Of a stretch of 64,000 bases of DNA, positions 29,474 through 39,048 are shown one piece after another (within the stretch, counting starts at the first letter, position 1; every line of letters begins with the position of its first letter). Source of the stretch: an uncultured candidate division Zixibacteria bacterium (GTDB lineage Bacteria; Zixibacteria; MSB-5A5; RBG-16-43-9); contig OY970208.1 in the NCBI GenBank assembly GCA_963713865.1, positions 2,272,001 to 2,336,000 on the forward strand, in the 5' to 3' direction. The notes under the pieces were generated by a model. That model had not been told where the DNA came from. It saw only the letters and a program-made list of their open reading frames with translations, and did no database searches. The position numbers and the translations under genes are program-made.

Positions 29474-30595
29474 TCAAGCTGCATCTTGCATTTTCCCACT
29501 TAATGATAGGTATCCTAAATTCTTCGCCTCCTGATATTTTTCCTTTTTCCCTTCTTCCGCTGTCGCAATTTTTTCTTCCATGATCTGAAGAAACTGACCG
29601 GTTACGGTATGCAAAGGGAATTTTGAGCTGGAAAGCTCATCCCCAAAGACTTGAGATTCATACTCAAATTCAAGATGAAGAAATTGATCCTCTAATACTT
29701 CTTTCAATTTAGCAATATCCTGATTATTTGATAATTTTTGATTTCCTTTAAACCTGACTTTTAAGATATTTTGTTCCCCTTTATAGTTTTCTATCTCCCT
29801 TAAAATCTCAGAGTAGTTTTTAAATTTATCTAAATACAGCTCAATCTCCTCCCATTTTATTTCCCCAATTTTGACCTTATCAACCTTGATCTGGTTTTCA
29901 TTCAATTCTATCATTAAAACATTTCCAGAATCTTTTTCATCATACTTCAACTGTTCAGGAGAACCAGAATAATAAGTATGGGGATTCTTAGAGATCTCTT
30001 GAAAAGAGTGCCAGTGTCCTAAGGCGATGTAATTAAAACCGCTATTTCCAATCTCCTCTAAAGTGATGGGAAAATCATCCTCCTGGCTTTTAGAAGGAAT
30101 TTGAAACGAGCCATGAGCCAGAGCGATATTGTATTTTGAATTAAAGCCTTGATTTAATTTTGGAAGCGGACTTTCCTTGCTCCGGTTTGATCTGTTACCT
30201 TTCCCATATACCGTTACCCCTAACTCCTCGAAAAAAATAAAAGGTTTTTCCTCATTCACTAAAAAATGGAGATTAGGAGGAAAAGAGCTCGGATCTATGT
30301 TTCTGTAAATGGAGGAGTTATCATAACAGTCATGAGTCCCTGGAATCAGGCAGATTTGTGTTTTATTAAGCCTTGAAAACTCGCCTAAGACGAATCCTAA
30401 AGTAGCATTAGATACCTGATTGGAATTGAATAGGTCACCAGAGACCAATAACAGGTCCACCTTTTGCTCCAAGGCTAAGTCTATGATTTTCATAAAGGTT
30501 TTCTTGAGCTGGGCTCTCAGCCTATCTCCACTTCTACCTAAGCCTGAGAATTTGGCTCCTAAGTGAAGATCAGCCGTATGCAGGATTTTTAACAT
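29474..30595 (-). CDS. Mre11/SbcD-like DNA repair exonuclease (metallophosphoesterase)
   Basis: HTADLHLG, SGDLF, PGTHD, AHGS, YIALGHWH, YSGSPE. Confidence 0.9.
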   Translation of the reverse strand: MLKILHTADLHLGAKFSGLGRSGDRLRAQLKKTFMKIIDLALEQKVDLLLVSGDLFNSNQVSNATLGFVLGEFSRLNKTQICLIPGTHDCYDNSSIYRNIDPSSFPPNLHFLVNEEKPFIFFEELGVTVYGKGNRSNRSKESPLPKLNQGFNSKYNIALAHGSFQIPSKSQEDDFPITLEEIGNSGFNYIALGHWHSFQEISKNPHTYYSGSPEQLKYDEKDSGNVLMIELNENQIKVDKVKIGEIKWEEIELYLDKFKNYSEILREIENYKGEQNILKVRFKGNQKLSNNQDIAKLKEVLEDQFLHLEFEYESQVFGDELSSSKFPLHTVTGQFLQIMEEKIATAEEGKKEKYQEAKNLGYLSLSGKMQDAA

Positions 30596-30642
30596 TTCCC
30601 CTCCGGAAAGCTTATTCCTTGATTATATGATTCCAATTCATT

Positions 30643-30670
30643 TTATCGGCTGAAATCAACAAATATTTTA
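30643..30670 (-). promoter_or_regulatory. Sigma28-like promoter
   Basis: TAAA-N16-GCCGATAA on the minus strand, about 50 nt upstream of the Mre11-like gene. Confidence 0.45.
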
Positions 30671-30963
30671 GGATAAAATATGGTAACCGCAAATCCTACG
30701 GTGGCTACACCAGACGCAGTCTCCGTTTCAAAGGACTTCAGCTTACGATTAAATAACTTACCCTAAATCCTTCTCTTAAAAAAGAGAGGGATTTTTACCC
30801 CCTTCTCTTTTAAAGTCGAAGATCCCGCAGGAAGCGGGGAGAAGGGGGTAGGAGATGAGTTCAGACTCGCAGACCAACATTCGTCCTGAGGGATTCAGTC
30901 CGAAGGAAGTCTGCGCCTACCGATTGAATATTAATTTTATTCTCTCTTGAACCCTTAAACCTT

Positions 30964-32328
30964 TTATCTTCTAATCAATTTCGTTACTGCTTCAATATGA
31001 TAAGTCTGAGGAAACATATCTATCGGCTGGATTTTCTCTATTTTATAATATCTTTCACATAAAAGCTTCATGTCACGGGCTAAGGTGGCTGGATTACAGG
31101 AAACATAGATGATTTTTTCTGGTTTGAGACTCAGAATTAAGGAAACCACCTTCTCATGCATCCCGCCCCTGGGCGGGTCTGCCACGATAACTTCTGGATT
31201 ATAGTCCTCCTGCCTGAGTGAATTTAAGACCTCTCTAGCTTCGCCTAAAACAAAGCGGCAATTGTTTATGGAATTCAGCTCTGCATTTCTTTGAGCATTT
31301 TCTATGGCATCTTCAACTGCCTCTATTCCGGTAACCCTTTTGGCTTTCTCCGCCAAGAAAAAGGAAATAGCTCCTGTGCCTGAATATAAATCCAAAACCT
31401 CCTCAGAGCCATCCAGTCCTGCATATTCGCAGACAATTTCAAAAAGCTTTTCTGCCTGTTTGGTATTGGTTTGAAAAAAAGAGTTGGCAGAGATCTCAAA
31501 ATAGAATTTACCCAATTTTTCCTGAATCTTTCTTTCCCCGGCTAAAGACAGTTCTTCTTCCCCCACTGCTATATTAGCTAATTTAGTATTTATATTTTGT
31601 ACCACACTCTTGATCTGAAGAAAGCTTTTCATAAGCCCACCGGCAAATCTTTCTGAGGATTTGAATTCTCCTGAGTCGGTAACCAGATTAACCATCATCT
31701 CCGTCTTATTTTTACCTTCCCTCAAAGCCAAGTATCTCAAAAAACCATTATGCTCTCTAACGTCATAAGGGATGAGATTCTCCTTTCTGCAAAAATCTCT
31801 TACCCATTCGACGATTTGATTTGAGACCTCAGACTGAAGATAACATTTTTCCAAATCGAAAACCTGTTTGAAATTTTGATAAGGATGTAAACCCAGAATC
31901 AGTTTTTTGTCAGGATCAGCCCCAAAGGAGAATTCCATTTTGTTGCGGTAATAATAAGTATCTTCTGAACCCAGGATTTTTTCAACCTCGAAATCGGAGA
32001 AGTCGCCTAAATGCTTCAGGCTTTCTTTTACTGACTTTGTTTTATAATAAAGCTGGGATTTGTAATTCAAGTTCTGCCAGGTACAGCCTCCACACAAGCC
32101 AAAGTGAGAACAAATCGGATCAATCCTTTGCTCTGAGCTTTTCAGAATCTCAACTAATTCCGCCTCAGCGAAGTTCCTTTTCTTTCTTTTGATTTTGACT
32201 TTAAGGGTATCACCGGGAAGCCCCCCTCTTATCAGAATTACCAGCCCATCGATTTTGCCCACACCTTTACCACCATAAGCTAAATCTGTAACTGAAACTT
32301 CAACTATATCCCCTTTTTTCAGCACCAT
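30964..32328 (-). CDS. rlmD: 23S rRNA (uracil-C5)-methyltransferase RlmD/RumA
   Basis: TRAM domain, CSHFGLCGGC Fe-S motif, YRNKMEF, SFFQTN, DPPRGG, YVSCNPATLARD, DMFPQTYHIE. Confidence 0.95.
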   Translation of the reverse strand: MVLKKGDIVEVSVTDLAYGGKGVGKIDGLVILIRGGLPGDTLKVKIKRKKRNFAEAELVEILKSSEQRIDPICSHFGLCGGCTWQNLNYKSQLYYKTKSVKESLKHLGDFSDFEVEKILGSEDTYYYRNKMEFSFGADPDKKLILGLHPYQNFKQVFDLEKCYLQSEVSNQIVEWVRDFCRKENLIPYDVREHNGFLRYLALREGKNKTEMMVNLVTDSGEFKSSERFAGGLMKSFLQIKSVVQNINTKLANIAVGEEELSLAGERKIQEKLGKFYFEISANSFFQTNTKQAEKLFEIVCEYAGLDGSEEVLDLYSGTGAISFFLAEKAKRVTGIEAVEDAIENAQRNAELNSINNCRFVLGEAREVLNSLRQEDYNPEVIVADPPRGGMHEKVVSLILSLKPEKIIYVSCNPATLARDMKLLCERYYKIEKIQPIDMFPQTYHIEAVTKLIRR

Positions 32329-32339
32329 CGACACTTTTT

Positions 32340-32837
32340 TTACATACCTTTCAGATAATTTAATAAACCTCCCTTTTCAGTTATCTCCAGTTCCAATCCG
32401 GAAAGTGGGTAACCGGTCATGCCTTTCCCTGTAGCTAAATTTTTAATCCCGCCCGATGAAAAATCTATTTCTAACTCATCACCAGTCTTAACGTTCTCGG
32501 ATATCCCCAGACATTCTAATAGAGGGAATCCTAAATTTATCGCATTGCGATAAAAAATCCGGGCAAAGGAATCTGCCACCACACAGCTTACCCCGTTTTC
32601 CTTTAAACATATAACCGCATGTTCACGGGAAGAGCCAGTGCCGAAGTTCTTGCCTGCTACGATAATATCACCCGTTTTTACCTGCTGGCTGAATTTTTCA
32701 AACCCGGGCACAAACTCCATCGCATGTTTTTTCATTTCCTGAGGGTCAGTTAAGGGGAGATACTGCCCATGATAGATCTGGTCAGTATCTATATCATCCC
32801 CAGCCACCCAGGCTTTCCCTTTAAATTTAGTCATCAT
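32340..32837 (-). CDS. Second, orphan LeuD/HacB-type small subunit
   Basis: GDDIDTDQI, NFGTGSSREHA, SFARIFYRNAIN; start overlaps the CDF stop. Confidence 0.85.
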   Translation of the reverse strand: MMTKFKGKAWVAGDDIDTDQIYHGQYLPLTDPQEMKKHAMEFVPGFEKFSQQVKTGDIIVAGKNFGTGSSREHAVICLKENGVSCVVADSFARIFYRNAINLGFPLLECLGISENVKTGDELEIDFSSGGIKNLATGKGMTGYPLSGLELEITEKGGLLNYLKGM

Positions 32838-34065
32838 CTTCTTTCTCCCCTTTAATCTTATCTTTCTTTCTTTCGCATTCCTGTTCGCAGGTTTTACATT
32901 CACCCTCACAGGGCTCTATATGGATTGTGATCTCAGACTCACCCAGTCTATCTTTAATATCATTTTCCAGATGGTCACACAACTTATGGGCATCTTCGAT
33001 CTTTATACCCTTGGGCACAACTAAATGCAGATTAACCAACCTCGAATCCCCTGTTCTTCTGAAAGTCAGATCGTGGAATTCCACGAACTGGTCAAAGTGC
33101 TGATTCAAGATCTCCAGGACTATTCTTTTCTCCTCCTGTCCCTCTTTGAAAAGCTCAGACTTCTCTTCCAAGAACCCCCCTCCTTCTTCTGGTTCAGTAT
33201 GGACAATCACGTCTGAATTTGGCAGAAGCAAAGCAACTTTTTCCTCTATCTGAATAGTGATTTGATGAGCTTTTTCTAAAGAACTGTCTTTTTCAAGCAT
33301 AACATTCATATCTAGAAAATAGTGACTGCCGGCTCTTCTCAGCCGTAATCTCGAGACGGAGCTGACCTGGGGAATTGATTGAATCATTTCTTTGATTTTC
33401 TGGTCTAACCCTTCTGGTGCCCGATCTAAGAGCACGTCTACTGTCCTCTTACCCAATTTCCAGGAAGCACGCAGGACCAATAAAGCCACACCCAGGGCTG
33501 CAAGCGGGTCAGCAACCGGTAAACCGATCTTGACAAAAATAAGTCCTAAGATCACCACTAAGGAACTAAAGATATCGCTTTGAAAATGCAAAGCGTCTGC
33601 TTCCAGAGCCTGGCTTTGATATTTTTTAGCCATCTTTGAGAGGGCTGTAGATCTGGAGATATCAATAATTATGGCGATTAACAGTACTATAAAACTGACC
33701 GGTAGTACTTTAATTTCAACTGATTTAAAGAAGATTCTTTCAAAAGACTTATAAATTATCCATGCGCAGGTTATCAGTAATAAAATCGCTTCTAAGAGAG
33801 CTGAGAGATTTTCAAATTTACCGTGTCCATAATGATGTTCGGCATCCGCAGGTTTATCAGACCGTTTTACCGTAAAATAAGTCATCCCGGCTGCCACTAA
33901 GTCTAAGGCAGAATGAGCCGCCTCAGAAATTATCCCCAAGCTCTGAGTGATAATACCTACAATAAGTTTGGTAAGAGTAAGAAAAATGGCAGCCAGAAGT
34001 GAGCTGAAAGCTACTCTTACTTTCTCCTGCGTTCCTTTTTTCTCAATCTGATTCAGATTTTCCAT
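32827..34065 (-). CDS. Cation diffusion facilitator transporter with duplicated C-terminal dimerisation domain
   Basis: EAAHSALD, HHYGHGKFE, ADALHFQSD; two ZT-dimer-like repeats ending VHTEP and IHIEP; Cys-rich tail. Confidence 0.92.
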   Translation of the reverse strand: MENLNQIEKKGTQEKVRVAFSSLLAAIFLTLTKLIVGIITQSLGIISEAAHSALDLVAAGMTYFTVKRSDKPADAEHHYGHGKFENLSALLEAILLLITCAWIIYKSFERIFFKSVEIKVLPVSFIVLLIAIIIDISRSTALSKMAKKYQSQALEADALHFQSDIFSSLVVILGLIFVKIGLPVADPLAALGVALLVLRASWKLGKRTVDVLLDRAPEGLDQKIKEMIQSIPQVSSVSRLRLRRAGSHYFLDMNVMLEKDSSLEKAHQITIQIEEKVALLLPNSDVIVHTEPEEGGGFLEEKSELFKEGQEEKRIVLEILNQHFDQFVEFHDLTFRRTGDSRLVNLHLVVPKGIKIEDAHKLCDHLENDIKDRLGESEITIHIEPCEGECKTCEQECERKKDKIKGEKEDDD

Positions 34066-34191
34066 TATTATTTATCTATTTATTCTAATGTTTAATACAT
34101 TGTATCAATAAGGACAGAACAATATTCTATCCCTACAAAATCCTCGTCGGGCGTAAAGCCCGACGCTACCATCTACAATCCTTATCCCTTT

Positions 34192-37122
34192 CTACTGCCT
34201 ACTATCTACTTTTAGTTTCTTAAGTCTTTCCTTCGCATCTGTAACTTCAGGTATTCCCGGATCGGCATTCTTCCAGATATCCAGAAACTCCTCATATTTC
34301 TCAATCGCCTTTTTGTTCCAGCCAGATTTCTCATAAGCCAAGCCCAGAAAATAGTAAGCTTTCACCGCCCTAATTGAACTTAATGCTCTCTTATCATCAT
34401 ATCTTGAAAGCACCTTCTCGAACTCAGCCACAGCTTCATCCAGTTTGCTTGCTTGCAGATAGGCTTGGGCAAGAACAAAGTGAAGACCAATACCTGAGCC
34501 TGATTTGACTGCTTTCTCAAGATTAGGTATTGAGGTTTCCAAATTACCTTTTGCCAGCTCAATGCTTCCAATTACCCACCAGTAATAAAACATTAGAGTT
34601 TGATCTCCTCCAATATCTTTCTTCAAAGCCTTAGCTACCTCTTCAGCTTTGGTAAACTCTTTATTCTCTGCCAGAAGCGTGGCATAATACTGCCGATCAT
34701 AGAGCTTCTCATCAGGATAAATCCTGTGATAGATTTCCATATCCTTTTCCATTTCCTCCAAAGTCAAATCCAGATTTTTTTTCTCATTATAGATCCTTGC
34801 CTTTAAGAAATGTTTATTTCTATTCTGCCATCCCTCTACCTGGTCCATTCTGTCTGCGACAATGCCGTCATTCAGAACCTGAAGTGCATCATCGAACTTT
34901 CCCTGATAGGAAGGGATAAGAGCCAGGTAAATTCTTCCCTCTGACCGGGTGTATTTATCAGTGCTGGAACAAAGGTCTTTATAATAACTTTCAGCTTTTG
35001 CATACTCCTTTTTAAAAAGATACATATGCCCTAATTTTGCCAGGGACATATAGAAGTCAGGTTTTATCTCTACGGCTTTTTTATAAGATTCAATCGCCTG
35101 GTCTATCTTGCCATTCCAGGCATAAAGATCACCTCTCGAATCGTATGGATTGGGTTCATCTGGAGCTAATGAGATATATTTATTTATTGCCCAGATAGAT
35201 TTCTCAAAATCACCTATATCATTGTAGACAAATGTAAGATGGTTATATATATCCTTATAGAGAGGGTCTATCTCAATAGCTTTGTTAAAGTAGCGAACAG
35301 CTTCCTCAGACTGACCCGGAGTAGCCTGATAATAGATCCCTAACAGCCAAAATGCTTCCTTCTCTTCCGGATATCGTTCTGTTATCTTCTGAAGTTCTTT
35401 AATATACTGAGTATAATTACCTGAAAAACCCGCCTCTTGAGCCTGGATATACAGTTTTTCTTTCTGGCTAACTTTATTTGAATATTTGACTGCTTTAGCT
35501 ATCAATTTTCTATACTCTACCCCAGTCCCCGACGTAACCCAGTACAACCTATAGTATGCCATTGCAAAGGTGGAATCAAGCTCCAGAGCCTTTTTGAAGC
35601 TTTTCTCAGCCTCCGTGTAATAGTATTTATAATAGTAATCAACTCCCTCTAGGTAGTAACGATATGCCTCTGGTGAATGAGTGGTAACATCCGCAACTGG
35701 CCGGACCGATTCCTGTCCGGCTTCGGCCGGGAGAGAAAGTCCCTTTTTCAACTCGATTGTCAGCTTATCTACCGTTGAGAATATCTTCTCCTCTGGCTCG
35801 CCGCTGATCCGCTGTGAGGATAACACTCTCCCGCTTTTAACCTCTACCAGCTGAGAGGTTAGAATTATCTGAGGTTCGACCTGAAGGATGCTTCCTAAAA
35901 GCATCCATTTTGCACCAGCTTTTGTCGCCACTTCTGAGGCAACGTTTTTATCTATGATTTTCTCACCCTCTTTTCCCAGTAATTTCAAAATATCATATAA
36001 TCTCTGACTGGAAACCACATTCATATATTGAGATTCAGAAAGACCGGTTATCAAAAGATTGGTAACGATCTCGCCTAACCTTTCTTTATCCTCTTTGTCT
36101 ACCAGATTCTCAAAATACATTATGGCTAAAGTGTTTTCTTTGGCCATTGCCTTCTCCTCCGGAACTATCTCAAATTTGAAAGGTTTAAGAATGAAGAAAA
36201 GTAAAACCAGTATAAAAACGATGGAGCCGGGAACTATAAATGGAAGTAATCTCTTCTTAGGTTTGGGTGATATAACCCCTGCAGGAAGTATACCACTCTT
36301 AGTATAATCTAAAGCTTTTTTCTCCCTTCTCAAATCTGCCAGTAAATCATCTATATGTTGATACCTTTCTTCTCTGTCCTTTGCCAGTACCTTAGAAATT
36401 ATCTCCTCTAACTTAGTTGAAACTTTGTTGTTATAACGAGCTATCGGTTGGGGCTCTTCGTTTAGTATAGAATAGATAATTGCAGCATGATGTTCTCCTC
36501 CAAAAGGCAATTTCCCGGTCAAAAGCTCATACAAAACAACTCCAAAAGAGAAAATATCGCTTCTCTGGTCCACCTCCTCTCCAGAGGCCTGTTCTGGTGA
36601 CATATAAGCAACAGTCCCTAAGGTCGAGCCAGCCTGAGTAAGCTTAGTTGCTCCTTTTAGTTTTGCCAGCCCAAAATCCATTATCTTGACCTGTCCCTCT
36701 CTGGTGACCATAATGTTGTCTGATTTTATATCCCGATGGATTATTTCTTTCTTGTGAGCAGAAGCTAAACCCTCGCAAACTTGTATGGCAATCTCCAGAA
36801 CTTTTTTAATGGATGGAGGTTCTTTCTCTACAATTTCCTTTACTGTCTTTCCTTCTATATATTCCATTGCAATAAATAACCCCTCAGAACTATCTTCTAT
36901 ACTATAAATGGTAGCAACATTAGGATGATTCAGAGCCGAAGCAGACTGCGCTTCGTGGATAAAACGAGCCTTTTCATCGGGATGGTCAGCAATATGAGGA
37001 GGTAAAAACTTCAAAGCGACCAGACGCTGAAGCTGGATGTCCTGGGCTTTATAGACCACACCCATTCCGCCCTCACCGAGTTTTTCTAAGATTTTGTAAT
37101 GAGAAATCGTTTTGCCAATCAT
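34192..37122 (-). CDS. Ser/Thr protein kinase with TM helix, FlgO/TolB-N-like domain and many TPRs
   Basis: Kinase motifs; TM near residues 294-313; LAIMYFENL; C-terminal FLDIWKNADPG. Confidence 0.93.
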   Translation of the reverse strand: MIGKTISHYKILEKLGEGGMGVVYKAQDIQLQRLVALKFLPPHIADHPDEKARFIHEAQSASALNHPNVATIYSIEDSSEGLFIAMEYIEGKTVKEIVEKEPPSIKKVLEIAIQVCEGLASAHKKEIIHRDIKSDNIMVTREGQVKIMDFGLAKLKGATKLTQAGSTLGTVAYMSPEQASGEEVDQRSDIFSFGVVLYELLTGKLPFGGEHHAAIIYSILNEEPQPIARYNNKVSTKLEEIISKVLAKDREERYQHIDDLLADLRREKKALDYTKSGILPAGVISPKPKKRLLPFIVPGSIVFILVLLFFILKPFKFEIVPEEKAMAKENTLAIMYFENLVDKEDKERLGEIVTNLLITGLSESQYMNVVSSQRLYDILKLLGKEGEKIIDKNVASEVATKAGAKWMLLGSILQVEPQIILTSQLVEVKSGRVLSSQRISGEPEEKIFSTVDKLTIELKKGLSLPAEAGQESVRPVADVTTHSPEAYRYYLEGVDYYYKYYYTEAEKSFKKALELDSTFAMAYYRLYWVTSGTGVEYRKLIAKAVKYSNKVSQKEKLYIQAQEAGFSGNYTQYIKELQKITERYPEEKEAFWLLGIYYQATPGQSEEAVRYFNKAIEIDPLYKDIYNHLTFVYNDIGDFEKSIWAINKYISLAPDEPNPYDSRGDLYAWNGKIDQAIESYKKAVEIKPDFYMSLAKLGHMYLFKKEYAKAESYYKDLCSSTDKYTRSEGRIYLALIPSYQGKFDDALQVLNDGIVADRMDQVEGWQNRNKHFLKARIYNEKKNLDLTLEEMEKDMEIYHRIYPDEKLYDRQYYATLLAENKEFTKAEEVAKALKKDIGGDQTLMFYYWWVIGSIELAKGNLETSIPNLEKAVKSGSGIGLHFVLAQAYLQASKLDEAVAEFEKVLSRYDDKRALSSIRAVKAYYFLGLAYEKSGWNKKAIEKYEEFLDIWKNADPGIPEVTDAKERLKKLKVDSRQ

Positions 37123-37220
37123 CTTCACACCTCAAATTTTCCTACTGACTTAGCTGCTCCTTGTTGAAAGTCTTGTCACGCACAGTCTGGTGCGCAAAAC
37201 TAATGGCTTGAAGATGAAAC

Positions 37221-38651
37221 TTACTTTTCACCAGCATGAAAGTCAGTCCACGGTTGGGATGGGCGGTTTTTGAGAATATCCCTCATCCAGTCAAACTGGG
37301 GATGTTCCTCCAAAAACTTTCCAGCATCGAAGGCTGTGCCGCAGGAACTTCCCCAACGGGCTGCGAAGGCCATCTGCTTCACCATTTTCGTATCAACTAC
37401 TTTACCGTCAAATGCTCCCGATGGGTAGAACGGTATACTTGGTCCTGACAATTGAGGGTCCTCAGCAGAATGACCACAGAGAGAACGACGACTGGGATTG
37501 TCTTTCCCCAGATAGGTGTCATAGTGATCTGCTAAAAACTGCTTAGCCATTTCCAGGTCAATCTTTCCTGCGAATTGCTTCAATAACTGTTTCCATCGTT
37601 CTCGCCGCGCAACCGAGCTATTACGTATATCTGTCTCAGCTTCATCGCTCTGTTTTGTTTCCAATCGCAGGATCTTCAGGTCTTCAGCCACATTGGAACC
37701 GATGAAGTATCCATTTTTTTTCTTCTCAAATCCAGCGTATTTTAATCCCAGCTCCAGTCGGGCGATTTCATTAGTCTTCACATCACCCAACAGCCACGCA
37801 TTCGCATAGCCACCATTGTTCCCCTTCTTCATTATAGCGCACCATTCATCTATGGAGGAAGCATCCTGGGTCGCCCGCCGAAATCGGATGAATTCCGGGA
37901 TACCCTTTTCATCGAAACCCTTGAAATCACCGATCGTCGTCTCTGTACCCATTAATCCTGCATCGGTTATGAAGAAATCTGTGCCACTGTGAATCCAGCC
38001 TGGCGCTGTTTGCATGAGGATGCGGTGTCCCTCAGTTGGTTTAATATCCAGAATGACGTTGAAATCTGCTTCGGGGAAGTCAGCCCAACTATTATGCCCC
38101 ATGACAATGCCACCATCACTGGTCATGTTCCCATTAGCAATAAAGGCGCTACAGGATTGCTTAGGCGGAGACGGTGACTCAGCGGCAATCTTCTCTTTTA
38201 CCTCAGGCCACCAATACCAAGTGAGATCAAAGAATCCGTTGTAGGCTATCATCTCATCCCGGGAAGTATTGACACCTGCAGCTTTGAGCCCCTCCACTAT
38301 CCCATCTATTTCCGCACGGCTTTCCGGATCAACTTTGCGGGAGAACATCTTCTTCGATTTGCTCAAAAGCCAATCCCAATCCATACTACTCCAGTATTTC
38401 CAGAGTTCACGCCGTACTCTCAATCCCTCGGCGATTTCATTGGCGAGCAAGTATCCATATTGAAAGCCGCGTTCGCGCGGTGAACCTTCGATGTGCAGAT
38501 ATATCCATCCATCTTTCTGATGTTTTTCGGCATGCGTAAGCCACATGCTTTGCTCTGGGGTAATTGGAGTTTTCCCCTCTGCATTCACATCTTTGGTTAT
38601 ACCAGGTATGGTGAGAAGAATTGCCAAACAAACCGCGTAGAGGTGTTTCAT
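37221..38651 (-). CDS. Exported Ntn-hydrolase (peptidase C45/phospholipase B-like)
   Basis: Signal peptide; HIEGSPRERGFQYG; SCSAFIA (Cys nucleophile); GHNSW; ETTIG. Confidence 0.82.
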   Translation of the reverse strand: MKHLYAVCLAILLTIPGITKDVNAEGKTPITPEQSMWLTHAEKHQKDGWIYLHIEGSPRERGFQYGYLLANEIAEGLRVRRELWKYWSSMDWDWLLSKSKKMFSRKVDPESRAEIDGIVEGLKAAGVNTSRDEMIAYNGFFDLTWYWWPEVKEKIAAESPSPPKQSCSAFIANGNMTSDGGIVMGHNSWADFPEADFNVILDIKPTEGHRILMQTAPGWIHSGTDFFITDAGLMGTETTIGDFKGFDEKGIPEFIRFRRATQDASSIDEWCAIMKKGNNGGYANAWLLGDVKTNEIARLELGLKYAGFEKKKNGYFIGSNVAEDLKILRLETKQSDEAETDIRNSSVARRERWKQLLKQFAGKIDLEMAKQFLADHYDTYLGKDNPSRRSLCGHSAEDPQLSGPSIPFYPSGAFDGKVVDTKMVKQMAFAARWGSSCGTAFDAGKFLEEHPQFDWMRDILKNRPSQPWTDFHAGEK

Positions 38652-38671
38652 ATTTGTCTCTCCTTTAGCTT

Positions 38672-38785
38672 TTATGTATCTATGTTGAATTCTTTTCCGA
38701 TGTCCTGGGCTTTATAGACCACACCCATCCCACCCTCACCTAACTTATCCAAAATCTTGTAATGTAGAATTGTATTGCCTATCAT
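38672..38785 (-). pseudogene. 5' stump of a Ser/Thr kinase gene
   Basis: [29 protein letters not shown], then unrelated GKEFNIDT*; first 29 codons match the starts of the three kinases. Confidence 0.88.
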
Positions 38786-39048
38786 ATTGTGTCCTTTGTT
38801 TACAGCTGCAGACTTTAGTCTGCATTTTATGTTTATTTCGCATCTTCAAGACTGTAGTGTTGCTATCACGTGGAAACATAAGATCATCTTTTTGTAGTTG
38901 CCCGATTCATCGAGCCGAAGAATGCCTTTAACTTTACAAAGTTCAATATAGTAGAACTAAAATTTGTTTGTCAATGGATTTAAACAAAATGTAAAGGGCT
39001 AGCCTGGCTCTGGTGGATCACCCTTGCACCCTATATACTGTCTACTGC

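Noticed and set aside
37141-37220. Integron attC site after the peptidase cassette
   Set aside because: No convincing RYYYAAC/GTTRRRY core pair or matching stem, and no integron integrase.
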